From: an uncultured Veillonellaceae bacterium
Lineage (GTDB): Bacteria > Bacillota > Negativicutes > JARBTT01
Direction: 5' to 3'
DNA length: 64,000 nucleotides
Assembly (NCBI GenBank): GCA_963805085.1
Contig: CAWDTA010000001.1
Span: 128,001-192,000, forward strand
This document shows, one piece after another, positions 39,721-50,506 of the stretch (position 1 is the stretch's first letter; every line of letters starts with the position of its first letter). The position numbers and the translations under genes were made by a program. The notes under the pieces are model-generated. The model had not been told where the DNA came from, did not search any database, and was given only the letters and a program-made list of their open reading frames with translations.

Positions 39721-40101
39721 ATGATCATTGGAATAGGCACTGATATTATAGAAATTAGTCGCATAAAAAAAGCACTCAAAAATAAACGATTTATCGAAAG
39801 GGTTTTTACTTCTCAAGAGATAATATATTGTGAAAGTAGAGGGGTACAAGCGCCAGCATCTTATGCAGCAAGATTTGCCGGTAAAGAAGCGGTACTTAAG
39901 GCCTTTGGTACAGGATTGGTAGGCGGTACATTATTAGATATTGAAATACTACCAGATGAAAAGGGCTGCCCAAGCGTGCAGTTATATAAGTATTTTGGCC
40001 ATGAGGCAGAAAAGACGGGGGTGACGCGTATTTATATCTCATTGAGCCATGCACTAATGTACGCCACAGCTCAAGTGATTTTTTGGGGGGAGAGCAAATG
40101 A
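39721..40101 (+). CDS. acpS: Holo-ACP synthase
   Basis: GIGTDIIEISRI, ARFAGKEA..KAFGTG, SLSH. Confidence 0.94.
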   Translation: MIIGIGTDIIEISRIKKALKNKRFIERVFTSQEIIYCESRGVQAPASYAARFAGKEAVLKAFGTGLVGGTLLDIEILPDEKGCPSVQLYKYFGHEAEKTGVTRIYISLSHALMYATAQVIFWGESK

Positions 40102-41645
40102 AAATTGCAACTGCTGAGCAGATGCGTAAAATTGATCAGCAAACGGTTCATCAATATGGAGTGCCAGAGATTGCTTTGATGGAAAATGCCGGAAGTGAGG
40201 TTTCAAAGGCTGTTGCTCAGATTTTGAAATCTATATCGGGAAAGAAAGTATGCATTTTTGCCGGGAAAGGTAACAATGGTGGCGATGGATTTGTTTCAGC
40301 ACGTCATTTAATCAATCAGAAGGCCAAAATAAAGGTTTTTATTATTGGTGATATTGAGCATATGAAAACGAGTGCAAAAATAAATTTAGATATTCTAAAA
40401 AATATGGGAATAGATATCCTACACGTAGAAAATGATCGTGATTGGGATAAAGTGAAAATTGCGTTAGCTTTTTCGGATTGCTTTGTGGATGCTTTACTTG
40501 GTACCGGTTTTCATGGTACATTATGCCCAGAAATGGAAAAAATCATTAATATGATCAATGGGATGGGAAAACCAATCATTGCTGTTGATATTCCGAGTGG
40601 TGTAGAAGCTGATACTGGTTGTGTACGAACGACAGCCATACAGGCAACGACTACTGTTTCATTTGGACTACCGAAAATGGGGTTGTATCTTTATCCTGGG
40701 GCGGTGCATACTGGCGAAGTTTTAGTAGCAGATATAGGAATTCCTAATGTTTTATTAACAGATGGGAATATAAAGCAAAATATCATCAATACTAGTATGG
40801 TAAAGTCCTTGATTGTGAAGCGTCCTGCTGATGCCCATAAGGGCAATTGTGGTAGAGTTTTAATTGTCGCGGGATCAAATGGCTTGACGGGCGCGGCAGT
40901 ATTGGCTGCTAGTGCTGCGCTAAGAAGTGGTGCCGGTATTGTAACATTAGCCGTAGCTCAGTCCTTGCAAGATGTTGTTGAGACCAAATTAACCGAAGTG
41001 ATGACGTACCCCTTAACAGAGAAAAAAGCAGGGGTAATTGGTGTAACTGCACTACCAGAGTTATTGAATCTTGCACAAAAGTACGATGTCGTTGCAATTG
41101 GTCCAGGAATTGGGCGTGATGCTGATACTTTTGAGCTGGTACGTGAATTTATAAAGCAGATAGATAAACAAGTGGTCATTGATGCGGATGCGATCCAGGC
41201 TTTTTGTGGTAAAGGGAAAGAACTTTCTGCAAGCAAGATGATACCAGTACTGACACCTCATTTGGGTGAGTTTTCAAATTTGGTAGGCGTATCTATTGAG
41301 AAGGTAAAATCTGATATCGTTGGTATTGCTAGAAAAGCGGCAGAAGAGTTTAATTCCATTATTGTGTTAAAGAGTGCGCGAACAGTAGTTGCATATCCAG
41401 ATGGTAATGTATATATTAATATTAGAGGTAATGCTGGTATGGCAACTGCGGGATCAGGAGATGTACTTACAGGCATCATTAGCGGGTTGTTTGCACAGGG
41501 ATTACTTAGTTATAGTGCAGCTGTTGCCGGTGTATTTCTACACTCTTTTGCAGGTGATTTGGCGGCGCAGTCTGGCATGGTTGGTTTGATTGCAAGTGAT
41601 ATTATGCAGGCTTTACCAGCTGCTAGATTTGCTATTAATGAATAA
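40098..41645 (+). CDS. nnr: Bifunctional NAD(P)HX epimerase/dehydratase
   Basis: LMENAG, GKGNNGGDG, DIPSG, HKG, TPHLGE, GSGDVL. Confidence 0.93.
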   Translation: MKIATAEQMRKIDQQTVHQYGVPEIALMENAGSEVSKAVAQILKSISGKKVCIFAGKGNNGGDGFVSARHLINQKAKIKVFIIGDIEHMKTSAKINLDILKNMGIDILHVENDRDWDKVKIALAFSDCFVDALLGTGFHGTLCPEMEKIINMINGMGKPIIAVDIPSGVEADTGCVRTTAIQATTTVSFGLPKMGLYLYPGAVHTGEVLVADIGIPNVLLTDGNIKQNIINTSMVKSLIVKRPADAHKGNCGRVLIVAGSNGLTGAAVLAASAALRSGAGIVTLAVAQSLQDVVETKLTEVMTYPLTEKKAGVIGVTALPELLNLAQKYDVVAIGPGIGRDADTFELVREFIKQIDKQVVIDADAIQAFCGKGKELSASKMIPVLTPHLGEFSNLVGVSIEKVKSDIVGIARKAAEEFNSIIVLKSARTVVAYPDGNVYINIRGNAGMATAGSGDVLTGIISGLFAQGLLSYSAAVAGVFLHSFAGDLAAQSGMVGLIASDIMQALPAARFAINE

Positions 41646-41743
41646 AAATGATGTAGTTCTTTATATAAAAAAGTTGACTTTTTGATATAAAAAATCTATA
41701 CTATTTATAGATTTATTGTGTGGAAACTGCGGGGGTGTAGGCT

Positions 41744-42016
41744 GTGGCTGAATTGAAGCGCATTATGATTAGTATTCCAGATAGCTTATTGCAAGAAATT
41801 GATGGTATTGTTGCCATGGAAAAGTTGAGCCGTAGTCAATTTATGCGTAATGCTATGCGACTATATATTGAGGATCGTAAGCGTAAGGCAATCATAGAAA
41901 ATATGAGAAAAGGATATCAGGAGATGGCGGCAATTAATTTAACATTAGCAGAGGAAGGACTGTATGTTGATGTTGATGTTGTTGAAATGCCTAGCTTGCT
42001 GGTGGAGCGTGAATAG
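41744..42016 (+). CDS. ndoAI: CopG/RHH antitoxin EndoAI (MazE-like)
   Basis: [29 protein letters not shown]; immediately upstream of the toxin. Confidence 0.85.
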   Translation: MAELKRIMISIPDSLLQEIDGIVAMEKLSRSQFMRNAMRLYIEDRKRKAIIENMRKGYQEMAAINLTLAEEGLYVDVDVVEMPSLLVERE

Positions 42017-42018
42017 CC

Positions 42019-42369
42019 ATGGTGGTGAAAAGAGGAGATATTTATTATGCTAACTTAAGCCCTGTTGTTGGTTCGGAACAGGGGGGACTGAGACCAGTTT
42101 TGGTCGTTCAAAATGATGTCGGTAATAAATATAGTCCAACGGTAATTGTAGCTGCAATTACTTCGCAAATTAGTAAAGGGAAATTGCCTACACATGTTGA
42201 ACTCACTTCGAAAGAGTGTCAGCTGGAAAAGAATTCTGTAGTTCTATTAGAGCAACTTAGAACTATTGATAAACGTCGTCTAAAAGAGAAGGTAACACAG
42301 TTGCCTGATGAATTTATGATTAAAGTTGATGATGCTATTCAAATTAGTGTTGGATTGGTTCAATTTTAA
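42019..42369 (+). CDS. ndoA: PemK/MazF-family endoribonuclease EndoA
   Basis: [21 protein letters not shown]...[18 protein letters not shown]. Confidence 0.95.
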   Translation: MVVKRGDIYYANLSPVVGSEQGGLRPVLVVQNDVGNKYSPTVIVAAITSQISKGKLPTHVELTSKECQLEKNSVVLLEQLRTIDKRRLKEKVTQLPDEFMIKVDDAIQISVGLVQF

Positions 42370-42453
42370 AAATGGGGCGAGCAATGCTCGCTTTTTTTGT
42401 GCATAAAAAAGCTTTGAATTCTACTATAAATGCTGAAAGATAAGGAGAAGGGC

Positions 42454-43365
42454 ATGAAGAAAATTTTTGATTTCATTGTTGTTGTTATGATGGCAGTATC
42501 TCTAATAATTGCATTAGGTTGTGGTAATCTAGCGGATAAGTCGAAGAATGCAGATGGTAGCAAGGCTGCTACAACACAAGCGAAAAGCAATGATCCTGTT
42601 ATAATTAAAATGCTAAATATTGGGCAGGGGGACTCTATCTTAATCAAGACAGCTCAGCAAGTGATTTTAATTGATACGGGCGATGTAGATATGCGTGATA
42701 AATTGGTGGAGTTATTGAAAAAAGAAAATGTTCATCAAATTGATAAACTGATTATCACCCATCCACATGCGGATCATTTAGGCGGCGCGTATGCGGTCTT
42801 AAAAGACTTTGATGTAAAGCAAGTATATGATAATGGGCAAACGACTAGTAATGCCACATATCGGACGTATATGAAATTGATTACAAGTAAAAAAATCCCG
42901 TATAAACAATTATTAGATTGTGAAAATATCGATTTTGGTAGTGGAGTTAGTTTTAGAGTATTTAGTCCAACTGCAGATGAGATTAAAGCAGGCGGTGATT
43001 TAAATAGTAATTCCATTGTGGGTAAATTGGTTTATGACAAATTTTCGATGCTATTTACTGGTGACTGTGAGGCCGATAGAGAAAAAGTCATTCTAGCTAA
43101 GTATGGCAATCAATTAAAAAGCACAATCCTTAAAAGCCCACATCATGGGAGTAAATCTTCGTCAAATCGCGAATATTTAAAAGCGATAGCCCCAGAAGCC
43201 GTGCTTATTTCTTGTGGTGTAAATAATGATTATAAACATCCGCACGATGTGACGATGAATAAATATAATGATTTAAAAATGAAGATTTATCGTACCGATA
43301 AAGATGGATCGATTACTATCGAAACAGACGGTAATACTTATAAGATTCGAAAGGAGAATACATAA
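42454..43365 (+). CDS. ComEC/Rec2-like metallo-beta-lactamase-fold lipoprotein
   Basis: Lipobox ALGC, IGQGD, THPHADHLGG, FTGD, HHGS. Confidence 0.88.
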   Translation: MKKIFDFIVVVMMAVSLIIALGCGNLADKSKNADGSKAATTQAKSNDPVIIKMLNIGQGDSILIKTAQQVILIDTGDVDMRDKLVELLKKENVHQIDKLIITHPHADHLGGAYAVLKDFDVKQVYDNGQTTSNATYRTYMKLITSKKIPYKQLLDCENIDFGSGVSFRVFSPTADEIKAGGDLNSNSIVGKLVYDKFSMLFTGDCEADREKVILAKYGNQLKSTILKSPHHGSKSSSNREYLKAIAPEAVLISCGVNNDYKHPHDVTMNKYNDLKMKIYRTDKDGSITIETDGNTYKIRKENT

Positions 43366-43580
43366 TGCAAGCTGTTATTGATCGTTTTGAAGGCAAAAAA
43401 GCGGTTTTACTAGTCGGCGAAGATGAAATACCAGTGATATTTCCGAAGAAATATTTGCCTGCACAGATTGGTGAAGGCGATTATGTTAAAATTGAAATTT
43501 TTTACGATAAAGCTGCGACAAAAAAAGCGAATGCAGAGGCAAAGGCATTGCAACAATTGGCCGTAGAACAAAACAAATAA
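43365..43580 (+). CDS. DUF3006 family protein
   Basis: AVIDRFEG.KAVL...LP...EGD; the usual partner of ComEC-like MBL genes. Confidence 0.8.
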   Translation: MQAVIDRFEGKKAVLLVGEDEIPVIFPKKYLPAQIGEGDYVKIEIFYDKAATKKANAEAKALQQLAVEQNK

Positions 43581-43636
43581 TATAAACAATTAACCTGTAT
43601 GGATGCATTGCTATCCATACAGGTTAATTGTTTATA
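43581..43636. terminator. Perfect 24-bp inverted repeat
   Basis: tataaacaattaacctgtatggat-gcattgct-atccatacaggttaattgtttata. Confidence 0.7.
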
Positions 43637-43739
43637 GGAAAAATTTTTTATTTGTTCAAACGGTATTTAGTGGTAAAATGAAGTATCATAAAAAAATATT
43701 TGTTAATTTTGGCACTTTAGATATCGGAGGAATACGAGC

Positions 43740-45683
43740 ATGGGATTGCAAGAGGGCAGTAAAGGCGTTTTTAATAATAATGCTATGATATATTCTGCTT
43801 CACAAATGGTCAGACCACAGCCTGTAAGAATAACTGAAACGTTTACAGTGCAAGATTTGACTGAACAAGAGCTGAATAAAATTTTATTTCGTTATAGCAA
43901 TAATATTGAAGACATCCTACCGTTAACAGAAAGCCAGGGGTGGCTATTTTCCAACGATAAGATCGTTTCAGCGGATTTTTATATCCAAGCGTTGTTTAAA
44001 GTTGGTGGGTTTATTGAACCGCAAGAATTGATAGATCATATAGATCGTTTAATAGGCGAGTATCCTATTTTACGTACTGCGATCTGCTATCGAGCTATTG
44101 AAAAACCAGTACAAGTCGTTTTAAAAGCACGCAGTGCAGAAATCCGCTTTCATGATTTATCTAACTTAGCGGTTGATAAAGTGAATGAGACTCTCGAAAA
44201 TATTATGATAGCAGATAGACGGCGTGGCTTTGATTTGGAAGGTGATCGTCTAGTTCGAATTGGTATTTTTCATACTAGAACCAAAGAATATGCTGTGTTG
44301 ATTGCCCAGCCGCAGATGATTGCTGATGGGTGGGACTTTGGCTTGATTTTTGCAAATATGTTCGAAAATCAAGAAACGAATACGTTAAAAGCAAAAATGT
44401 TGAATGCCAAAGATTTTTCTTTTAGTCAATACCTAGAAAAACGCGGTGAGCAAGATAAAAGGCCGGCAATCCAATATTGGGAAAAGTTATTGGCAAAATT
44501 ACCAATTAACATCAAATTACCTGGGTACAAACATTCTGATTTGCCATATAGTCAGGCTGTTAGTATAATGAATGTTGATCGTAAGTTAAATGAATCGATC
44601 AAGCAGGTTGCACGAAATAATGCAACTGTGGTAGCTTTGCTACAAACAGCTTGGGGCATTATGCTACAAAGGTATAATAGAACAAATGATGTCGTATTTG
44701 GGGTCGTATTATCCAATCGGAGTGCGCGTATGGAAAATATCGAAGATGTTGCAAGTATCGTCAATGTTATGTTGATACGCATTACTTGTCCGATTAATAT
44801 GTCAGTAGAAGCGTTGATTAAGAAGCAACAATTACAACTTATGGTGTCACAACCATATAGTTTCTGCTCGTTGAATGAATTACAAGAACTTAGCAAGATG
44901 GAAAAAACTTTATTTCATCATTTCTTGAATTTTCATAGCTTTGGAATTGGTCAGCGGTATACGGATGTAGAGACGACCTTTGGGGTAAAGCCAGTCGCAG
45001 TGAATTCCTTTGATTATTGTAATAATGATCTGGGAATTTATTTTAGGATGACAGCCAATGGATTAGAAATGGAGTTTGTTTACAATAAAACAAGTTTCAC
45101 AGAAAAACAAATTGCGTTATTACAGCAAGGTTATTTAGCAGTATTGCGTCAGATTGTTCAGAAACCTACGATTGCAGTCTATGAAGTTAAGATGCCAAGT
45201 ATTGAGCAAGTGCTCGCAGCGGATGTTGATTATAATACCGAGCAACAGGAACGTATGCATTTTTTTGAAACCATTGATGTATTTTCTAAGTTGTCTCAAA
45301 ACGTCATTGCAGAATTGGCGAATAGTGCGACTAGTGAATATTATGTTGAAGGCGATAGTATCATTGGTGAAGGAATGGAACAAGAAAAATTATTAATCGT
45401 TTTTAGTGGTAATGTAGAAATTAGTCGTAAAGCCAGTAATGATTGCTCAAGCATAATTGAAGTTTTGCAAGCTGGTCAGATCATAAGTTTTGAAAGTATT
45501 TTTGATAATCGAGAAAGTTCTATCCACGCTGAGGCGGTAATAGGAGATGTAACTATTATTTCTTTGAAAAACAGTGAAATTTGTAAGTTGATGCATAAAT
45601 ATTTTACATTTAGTACGAGTGTAATTATGAATTTAAATGAACAAATCAACAAATTTCAAAAATTATTAGTGCGTGAGGAGTAA
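43740..45683 (+). CDS. Stand-alone NRPS condensation-domain protein fused to a C-terminal cNMP-binding domain
   Basis: IEDILPLTESQ, YPILRT, RRGFDL, QPQMIADGW (HHxxxDG position), YWEKLL, QTAWGIMLQRY..TNDVVFG; C-terminal FSKL..GDSIIGEG...IVFSGNVEIS..GQIISFESI. Confidence 0.8.
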   Translation: MGLQEGSKGVFNNNAMIYSASQMVRPQPVRITETFTVQDLTEQELNKILFRYSNNIEDILPLTESQGWLFSNDKIVSADFYIQALFKVGGFIEPQELIDHIDRLIGEYPILRTAICYRAIEKPVQVVLKARSAEIRFHDLSNLAVDKVNETLENIMIADRRRGFDLEGDRLVRIGIFHTRTKEYAVLIAQPQMIADGWDFGLIFANMFENQETNTLKAKMLNAKDFSFSQYLEKRGEQDKRPAIQYWEKLLAKLPINIKLPGYKHSDLPYSQAVSIMNVDRKLNESIKQVARNNATVVALLQTAWGIMLQRYNRTNDVVFGVVLSNRSARMENIEDVASIVNVMLIRITCPINMSVEALIKKQQLQLMVSQPYSFCSLNELQELSKMEKTLFHHFLNFHSFGIGQRYTDVETTFGVKPVAVNSFDYCNNDLGIYFRMTANGLEMEFVYNKTSFTEKQIALLQQGYLAVLRQIVQKPTIAVYEVKMPSIEQVLAADVDYNTEQQERMHFFETIDVFSKLSQNVIAELANSATSEYYVEGDSIIGEGMEQEKLLIVFSGNVEISRKASNDCSSIIEVLQAGQIISFESIFDNRESSIHAEAVIGDVTIISLKNSEICKLMHKYFTFSTSVIMNLNEQINKFQKLLVREE

Positions 45684-45715
45684 GCTAGAACTTTTATAAA
45701 ATAGGGGCGTGCGTT

Positions 45716-46768
45716 TTGAAGAGAAAAATTATTTTAATTTGTTTAAGCTTGCTGGTACTGTTGACACAAGCAGTTTTTGCGGCACCAAGCAAACAAATAA
45801 AGTATAGAGTGAATAGTTTTAGCTATTCTATGGTCGATAAAACTGATACACAGCCGAAAGTATTACGTTTAGAAATCGGACTAAACAATGCAACCAATGA
45901 TTTTACAACTAATATTGATTCGTTGAATCCTTCTGACTTGTTGATTGATTTGAATCAAACTCGCTTAGGTAAAATAAAGCAGCCAGTGACCTTAGATGGA
46001 GAATTGGCGAAAAGCATAGAATTTAATCAAGTTGATCAGTCAACAACTCGTGTAACCCTTCATTTGCCACAAGAGGCTAGTACAGCAAACTATAAGATTT
46101 ATACTTTACAAAAAGATAGCAAAACGAAAAAGCCATTCCGACTGGTGATTGAGATTGTTGATGGTCCTATTTATTCTTTTACTGCAGGGCTAAATGGTAA
46201 GACCATTATCATTGATCCAGGCCATGGCGGTAGTGATCCGGGGGCAATTGGACCGAGTCGTATCTGTGAGAAAGATGTAACTTTGGCAGTATCACTAAAA
46301 GTACAAGAGATTTTAAGAAACTCTGGTGCCAACGTTATCATGACGCGAGACGATGATCGTGATGTTTATGGTCCGAATGCCAGTGATAGTGAAGAGCTAC
46401 AAGCTCGAGTCAATGTCGGTAAAAATCATCCAGCGGATGTTTTTTTGAGTATCCATGCGAATTCTTTTACGAGTCAATCAGCTCATGGCACGGCAACTTA
46501 TTATTATGAAAAATCGTCGTATGATGGGCTGCTTGCCCAGTCGTTACAAAATGGACTAGTGGATTTCGGTGGATTATCTGATCGAGGAACGCAAGAAGCT
46601 AATTTTTATGTAGTGAAGCGTTCTAGTATGCCAGCTGCTTTAGTTGAATTGGCTTTTATCTCTAATCCTAGAGAAGAAAGTCTTCTAAATTCTTCTGCTT
46701 TTCAACTAAAATTAGCAGAAGGTATCTGTAAAGGATTAAGTGATTTTTTTAGTCAAGCGTCAAAGTAG
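45716..46768 (+). CDS. N-acetylmuramoyl-L-alanine amidase (AMIN-like + Amidase_3)
   Basis: Signal peptide; IDPGHGG.DPGA, EK, SIHAN, LVELAFISN. Confidence 0.9.
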   Translation: MKRKIILICLSLLVLLTQAVFAAPSKQIKYRVNSFSYSMVDKTDTQPKVLRLEIGLNNATNDFTTNIDSLNPSDLLIDLNQTRLGKIKQPVTLDGELAKSIEFNQVDQSTTRVTLHLPQEASTANYKIYTLQKDSKTKKPFRLVIEIVDGPIYSFTAGLNGKTIIIDPGHGGSDPGAIGPSRICEKDVTLAVSLKVQEILRNSGANVIMTRDDDRDVYGPNASDSEELQARVNVGKNHPADVFLSIHANSFTSQSAHGTATYYYEKSSYDGLLAQSLQNGLVDFGGLSDRGTQEANFYVVKRSSMPAALVELAFISNPREESLLNSSAFQLKLAEGICKGLSDFFSQASK

Positions 46769-46781
46769 AAAGGTGATAAAT

Positions 46782-47372
46782 ATGATGTTGAAAAGTTCAA
46801 AATATCTCATTGTGATTTTAACCGTTTTCATTTTATTTTTAACTGTTGGTTGCAGCAAGGAAAATAATCAAAACGATGAAAAGATAAATTCTGACAATAA
46901 AGTTGTGACGGAGAAAGAAAAAAAAGCAAATGATAATAAAACAGCAGTAGTAGAAAAAAGTGATACCTTGAAAGTGTACTATGCAAATGAAGATGGAACA
47001 AAACTTGTATCAGAAGTGAAGGTAAAAGAAGTGCCTGGTGAGGATAAATATACAACAGTCATGAAAAAACTGATTGCTGGTACACACGAAAAAGGCGCAG
47101 TTTCTATTATTCCAAAAGGGACAAAATTACGTGGTGTAAGGGTAGAAAAAAATATTGCCTATGTTGATTTTTCTAATGATTTAGTCAAAAAATTTAATGG
47201 TGGTTCCACTGGTGAAATTATGCTAGTAGGTTCCATTGTAGATACGTTAACCGAATTTCCCGAAGTGAAAGCAGTGCAAATTTTAATTGAGGGTAAAAAG
47301 GTTGATACGATTGCAGGTCATATGGATACTAGTGAGCCATTAAAACGTTTTAATGATATTATCAAAAATTAA
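46782..47372 (+). CDS. GerMN-domain lipoprotein
   Basis: Lipobox TVGC; VYY, IPKGTKL, AYVDFS, SIVDTLTEF..V..VQILIEG. Confidence 0.87.
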   Translation: MMLKSSKYLIVILTVFILFLTVGCSKENNQNDEKINSDNKVVTEKEKKANDNKTAVVEKSDTLKVYYANEDGTKLVSEVKVKEVPGEDKYTTVMKKLIAGTHEKGAVSIIPKGTKLRGVRVEKNIAYVDFSNDLVKKFNGGSTGEIMLVGSIVDTLTEFPEVKAVQILIEGKKVDTIAGHMDTSEPLKRFNDIIKN

Positions 47373-47427
47373 GTATACAGACCAATAGAAGTTTGGTAGA
47401 ATAGTAAAGAAATATAATATGTTTTTT

Positions 47428-47507
47428 CCACTAGGGGGGCAATTGTGCTGAGAGGTTTTATACCGACCCTTGGAACCTGTTTGGTTAAAACCAGCGTAGG
47501 GAAGTGG
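47428..47507 (+). ncRNA. TPP riboswitch
   Basis: ccactagggg...gctgaga...gaccct..gaacctg....gttaaaacc agcgtagggaagtgg; terminator 47528-47563; upstream of thiC. Confidence 0.93.
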
Positions 47508-47597
47508 CAAAATTGCTTTTACAAGGGAAAAGCCATTTAGCTGCTATGCGCTAAGTGGCTTTTATTATTGAAAATTTAATTTATTGGGGGAGAAAAA

Positions 47598-48905
47598 ATG
47601 GTAATTACGCAAATGCAAGCAGCACGTCAAGGTAAAATTACAGAAGCAATGGATATCGTTGCTAAGCAAGAAAATATGGATGTAAATGTGATCAGAGAAC
47701 GCGTAGCTGAAGGTACAGTAACAGTTTGTGCCAATGTAAATCATACTTCGCTGACACCTCGTGGTGTAGGAAAAGGTCTCTCGACAAAGGTAAATGCAAA
47801 TATTGGTACCTCCAGTGCATATCCAGATATTGAACCAGAACTACTAAAACTAGAAGCGGCAATCCAAGCAGGAGCAGATGCTGTGATGGATCTGAGTACT
47901 GGTGATAATATAGATCTTTCTAGAAAATCAATCATTGAAAAATCTACAGTTATGGTTGGCACAGTGCCAATTTACCAAGCAACTGTCAATGCGATTAAAA
48001 CCTATGGTGCTGTTGTTGATATGACAGGTGATGATTTATTACATGCGATTGCCACACAGGCCAAAGATGGTGCAGATTTCATGACAATCCACTGTGGCGT
48101 AACGCGTGAAGTGATTAACCGTATGCGTAATCAAGGTAGGGTGATGGATGTTGTAAGTCGTGGTGGATCTTTCATCACAGGTTGGATGCTACATAACCGA
48201 AAAGAGAATCCGCTCTATGAAAGATACGATGATATCTTAGATATCTGTGCACAATATGATGTGACAATCAGTTTAGGTGATGGTCTGCGTCCTGGCTGCT
48301 TGGCAGATGCGACTGATCGGGCGCAAGTACAAGAGTTACTGATTTTAGGTGAGCTTGTTGATCGTGCCTGGGCAAAAGGGGTGCAAGTATTGGTAGAGGG
48401 TCCAGGTCATGTACCATTTGACCAAATTGCTGCCAATATGAAATTACAAAAACAACTTTGTAGAAATGCTCCATTTTATGTGCTTGGACCATTGGTAACC
48501 GATGTGGCTCCAGGGTATGACCATATTACTTCCGCAATTGGTGGAACGCTTGCTGCAGCAAATGGTGCTGATTTCCTTTGCTATGTTACACCAGCAGAAC
48601 ATTTGGCATTGCCAACGATAGAAGATGTTCATGAAGGTGTGATCGCATCTCGTATTGCTGCCCATGCCGCTGATATTGTCAAAGGGGTACCGGGGGCAAA
48701 AGAATGGGATTTAAAAATGGCCAAAGCGAGAAAAGCACTTGATTGGCAGAAACAAATAGACTTATCGATTGATCCAGCGAAGGCGAAAGCAAAACGTGGC
48801 GCAAGAAACGCGGAAGGAACCGAAGCCTGTTCGATGTGTGGAGACTATTGCGCGATGAAAATCGTTGGTGAATACTTAAATAAACCAGTTGATTTATGTG
48901 ATTAA
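47598..48905 (+). CDS. thiC: Phosphomethylpyrimidine synthase
   Basis: [38 protein letters not shown]. Confidence 0.95.
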   Translation: MVITQMQAARQGKITEAMDIVAKQENMDVNVIRERVAEGTVTVCANVNHTSLTPRGVGKGLSTKVNANIGTSSAYPDIEPELLKLEAAIQAGADAVMDLSTGDNIDLSRKSIIEKSTVMVGTVPIYQATVNAIKTYGAVVDMTGDDLLHAIATQAKDGADFMTIHCGVTREVINRMRNQGRVMDVVSRGGSFITGWMLHNRKENPLYERYDDILDICAQYDVTISLGDGLRPGCLADATDRAQVQELLILGELVDRAWAKGVQVLVEGPGHVPFDQIAANMKLQKQLCRNAPFYVLGPLVTDVAPGYDHITSAIGGTLAAANGADFLCYVTPAEHLALPTIEDVHEGVIASRIAAHAADIVKGVPGAKEWDLKMAKARKALDWQKQIDLSIDPAKAKAKRGARNAEGTEACSMCGDYCAMKIVGEYLNKPVDLCD

Positions 48906-49010
48906 GGAATGTGAAAAATACATTAGGTAAGTTTTACACGCTCAATACTCCTTTTATATTTTAGTTTATGAAAATAAATATGGGATAAAACTTAATTTTT
49001 CCCATATTTT

Positions 49011-49037
49011 AAAGGAATGTAGAAAATAATGACGAAT
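49011..49037 (+). promoter_or_regulatory. Putative sigmaH-type promoter
   Basis: AAAGGAATG-N11-GACGAAT. Confidence 0.45.
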
Positions 49038-49085
49038 TCTTTTTATAAAGTAAACTATTAACGATACAATCGATTAGGAGGGGTA

Positions 49086-49469
49086 ATGATGGGGAAGATT
49101 AATAGAATTTTAGTACCAGTTGATGGTTCTGTTAATGGTTGTAAAGCGGTAGATCATGCCATTTTTTTAGCAGAAAAGAGCAATGCAAAATTAGATTTTA
49201 TTTATGTTGCTAGTAGTATTAATAAAGATATTCCTAGTGATATCGTTTTCGATAGAATTTGGGATAAGATTCCGCAGAATATCGAAGCAGAAAGACACGT
49301 TGAAAAAGGTAATATTCCTCGTGCCATTTTAAAAGTAGCCGAAGAATGTCACAGTGATATGATTGTTATGGGGAGCCGTGGTCTTGGTATTTTAAAAGGT
49401 GCCTTGATTGGTAGTGTGAGTCAAAAAGTAACGGAAGAAGCAAAATGTCCAGTTATGGTTGTAAAGTAA
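49086..49469 (+). CDS. Universal stress protein (UspA family)
   Basis: ILVPVDGS, DMIVMGSRG, GSVS, CPVMVVK. Confidence 0.93.
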   Translation: MMGKINRILVPVDGSVNGCKAVDHAIFLAEKSNAKLDFIYVASSINKDIPSDIVFDRIWDKIPQNIEAERHVEKGNIPRAILKVAEECHSDMIVMGSRGLGILKGALIGSVSQKVTEEAKCPVMVVK

Positions 49470-49584
49470 GGGATATTTAGAGAAGAAAATCGGGTTGCTC
49501 AAGTGAGTAACCCGATTTTTATTAATGGATAACAAAAAAACAGAGGTGCTTAACCTCTGTTTTTATTTAAGTAACTGGATTAGC

Positions 49585-50130
49585 TTATTCAGCAAAATAA
49601 CGTTTTAATAAACCGCTAAAACCACAACCATGGCGAGCTTCATCTTTTGCCATCTCATGAACGGTGTCATGGATTGCATCTAAGTTTTGTTGTTTTGCAA
49701 GGGTTGCCAATTCTTTTTTACCTGCACATGCACCATGTTCAGCAGCAGCACGTAATTCAAGGTTTTTCTTTGTACTGGAAGTAAGAACTTCACCAAGCAT
49801 TTCAGCAAATCTAGAAGCATGATCAGCTTCTTCAAATGCATAACGTTTAAAAGCTTCGGCAATTTCAGGATAACCTTCTCTATCAGCCACGCGAGCCATT
49901 GCTAAGTACATACCAACTTCAGTACATTCACCAGTGAAATTTTGACGTAAACCTTCGATGATTTTTGGATCTAAACCGTCTACGATACCTACGCGATGCT
50001 CATCTGCGTAAACAACTTCACCAGTTTGTTCGTTAAATTTTGATGCTGGAGCTTTACAAATTGGACAAACCTCAGGCGCTTCTGTACCTTCATGAACATA
50101 ACCACAAATACTGCAAATAAATTTTGACAT
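49585..50130 (-). CDS. Reverse rubrerythrin / NADH peroxidase
   Basis: N-terminal rubredoxin CSICGY..CPIC, then ferritin-like GECTE, EEADH, DEARH; ATG 50130 after GGAGG. Confidence 0.92.
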   Translation of the reverse strand: MSKFICSICGYVHEGTEAPEVCPICKAPASKFNEQTGEVVYADEHRVGIVDGLDPKIIEGLRQNFTGECTEVGMYLAMARVADREGYPEIAEAFKRYAFEEADHASRFAEMLGEVLTSSTKKNLELRAAAEHGACAGKKELATLAKQQNLDAIHDTVHEMAKDEARHGCGFSGLLKRYFAE

Positions 50131-50506
50131 AAAATTAACCTCCAAAATATTTTTTAAATTTTATACATATACTTCATAAATTTTAAATCAATCTCAGGTA
50201 AGGGGCTTTACTCCTTACTGACCTTGACCATGTATATAGTATAGCAATATACGATAGAAAGTGAAATGTATAAATTTCCGCAAATACGGCGATTTTAGCT
50301 TATTATAAGGTTTTTTTCTGATAATATTGGGTGCTAACGAATTTATACTAATTATATTGAATATTAACGGATAATTATTATTAGAAATAAAATTATGACT
50401 ATCTATCGTTCAATAATTACGTAAATACATTTTTATGTTAAAATCTTAGTAGTAAAATCTAATTTAAGATAAAATTAAGAAGTTTTTAGGAAAGTGGGGT
50501 GACTTA

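Noticed and set aside
39721-40101. acpS as dedicated PPTase for the condensation-domain protein
   Set aside because: It sits in its usual housekeeping acpS-nnr context, and the C-domain protein has no carrier domain
43581-43636. 24-bp perfect inverted repeat as a MITE/REP
   Set aside because: Single copy in the window, directly after a stop codon; a terminator is the simpler reading
50330-50400. Fur/PerR-like boxes upstream of rubrerythrin
   Set aside because: Plausible biologically, but the region is so AT-rich that the matches are not discriminating
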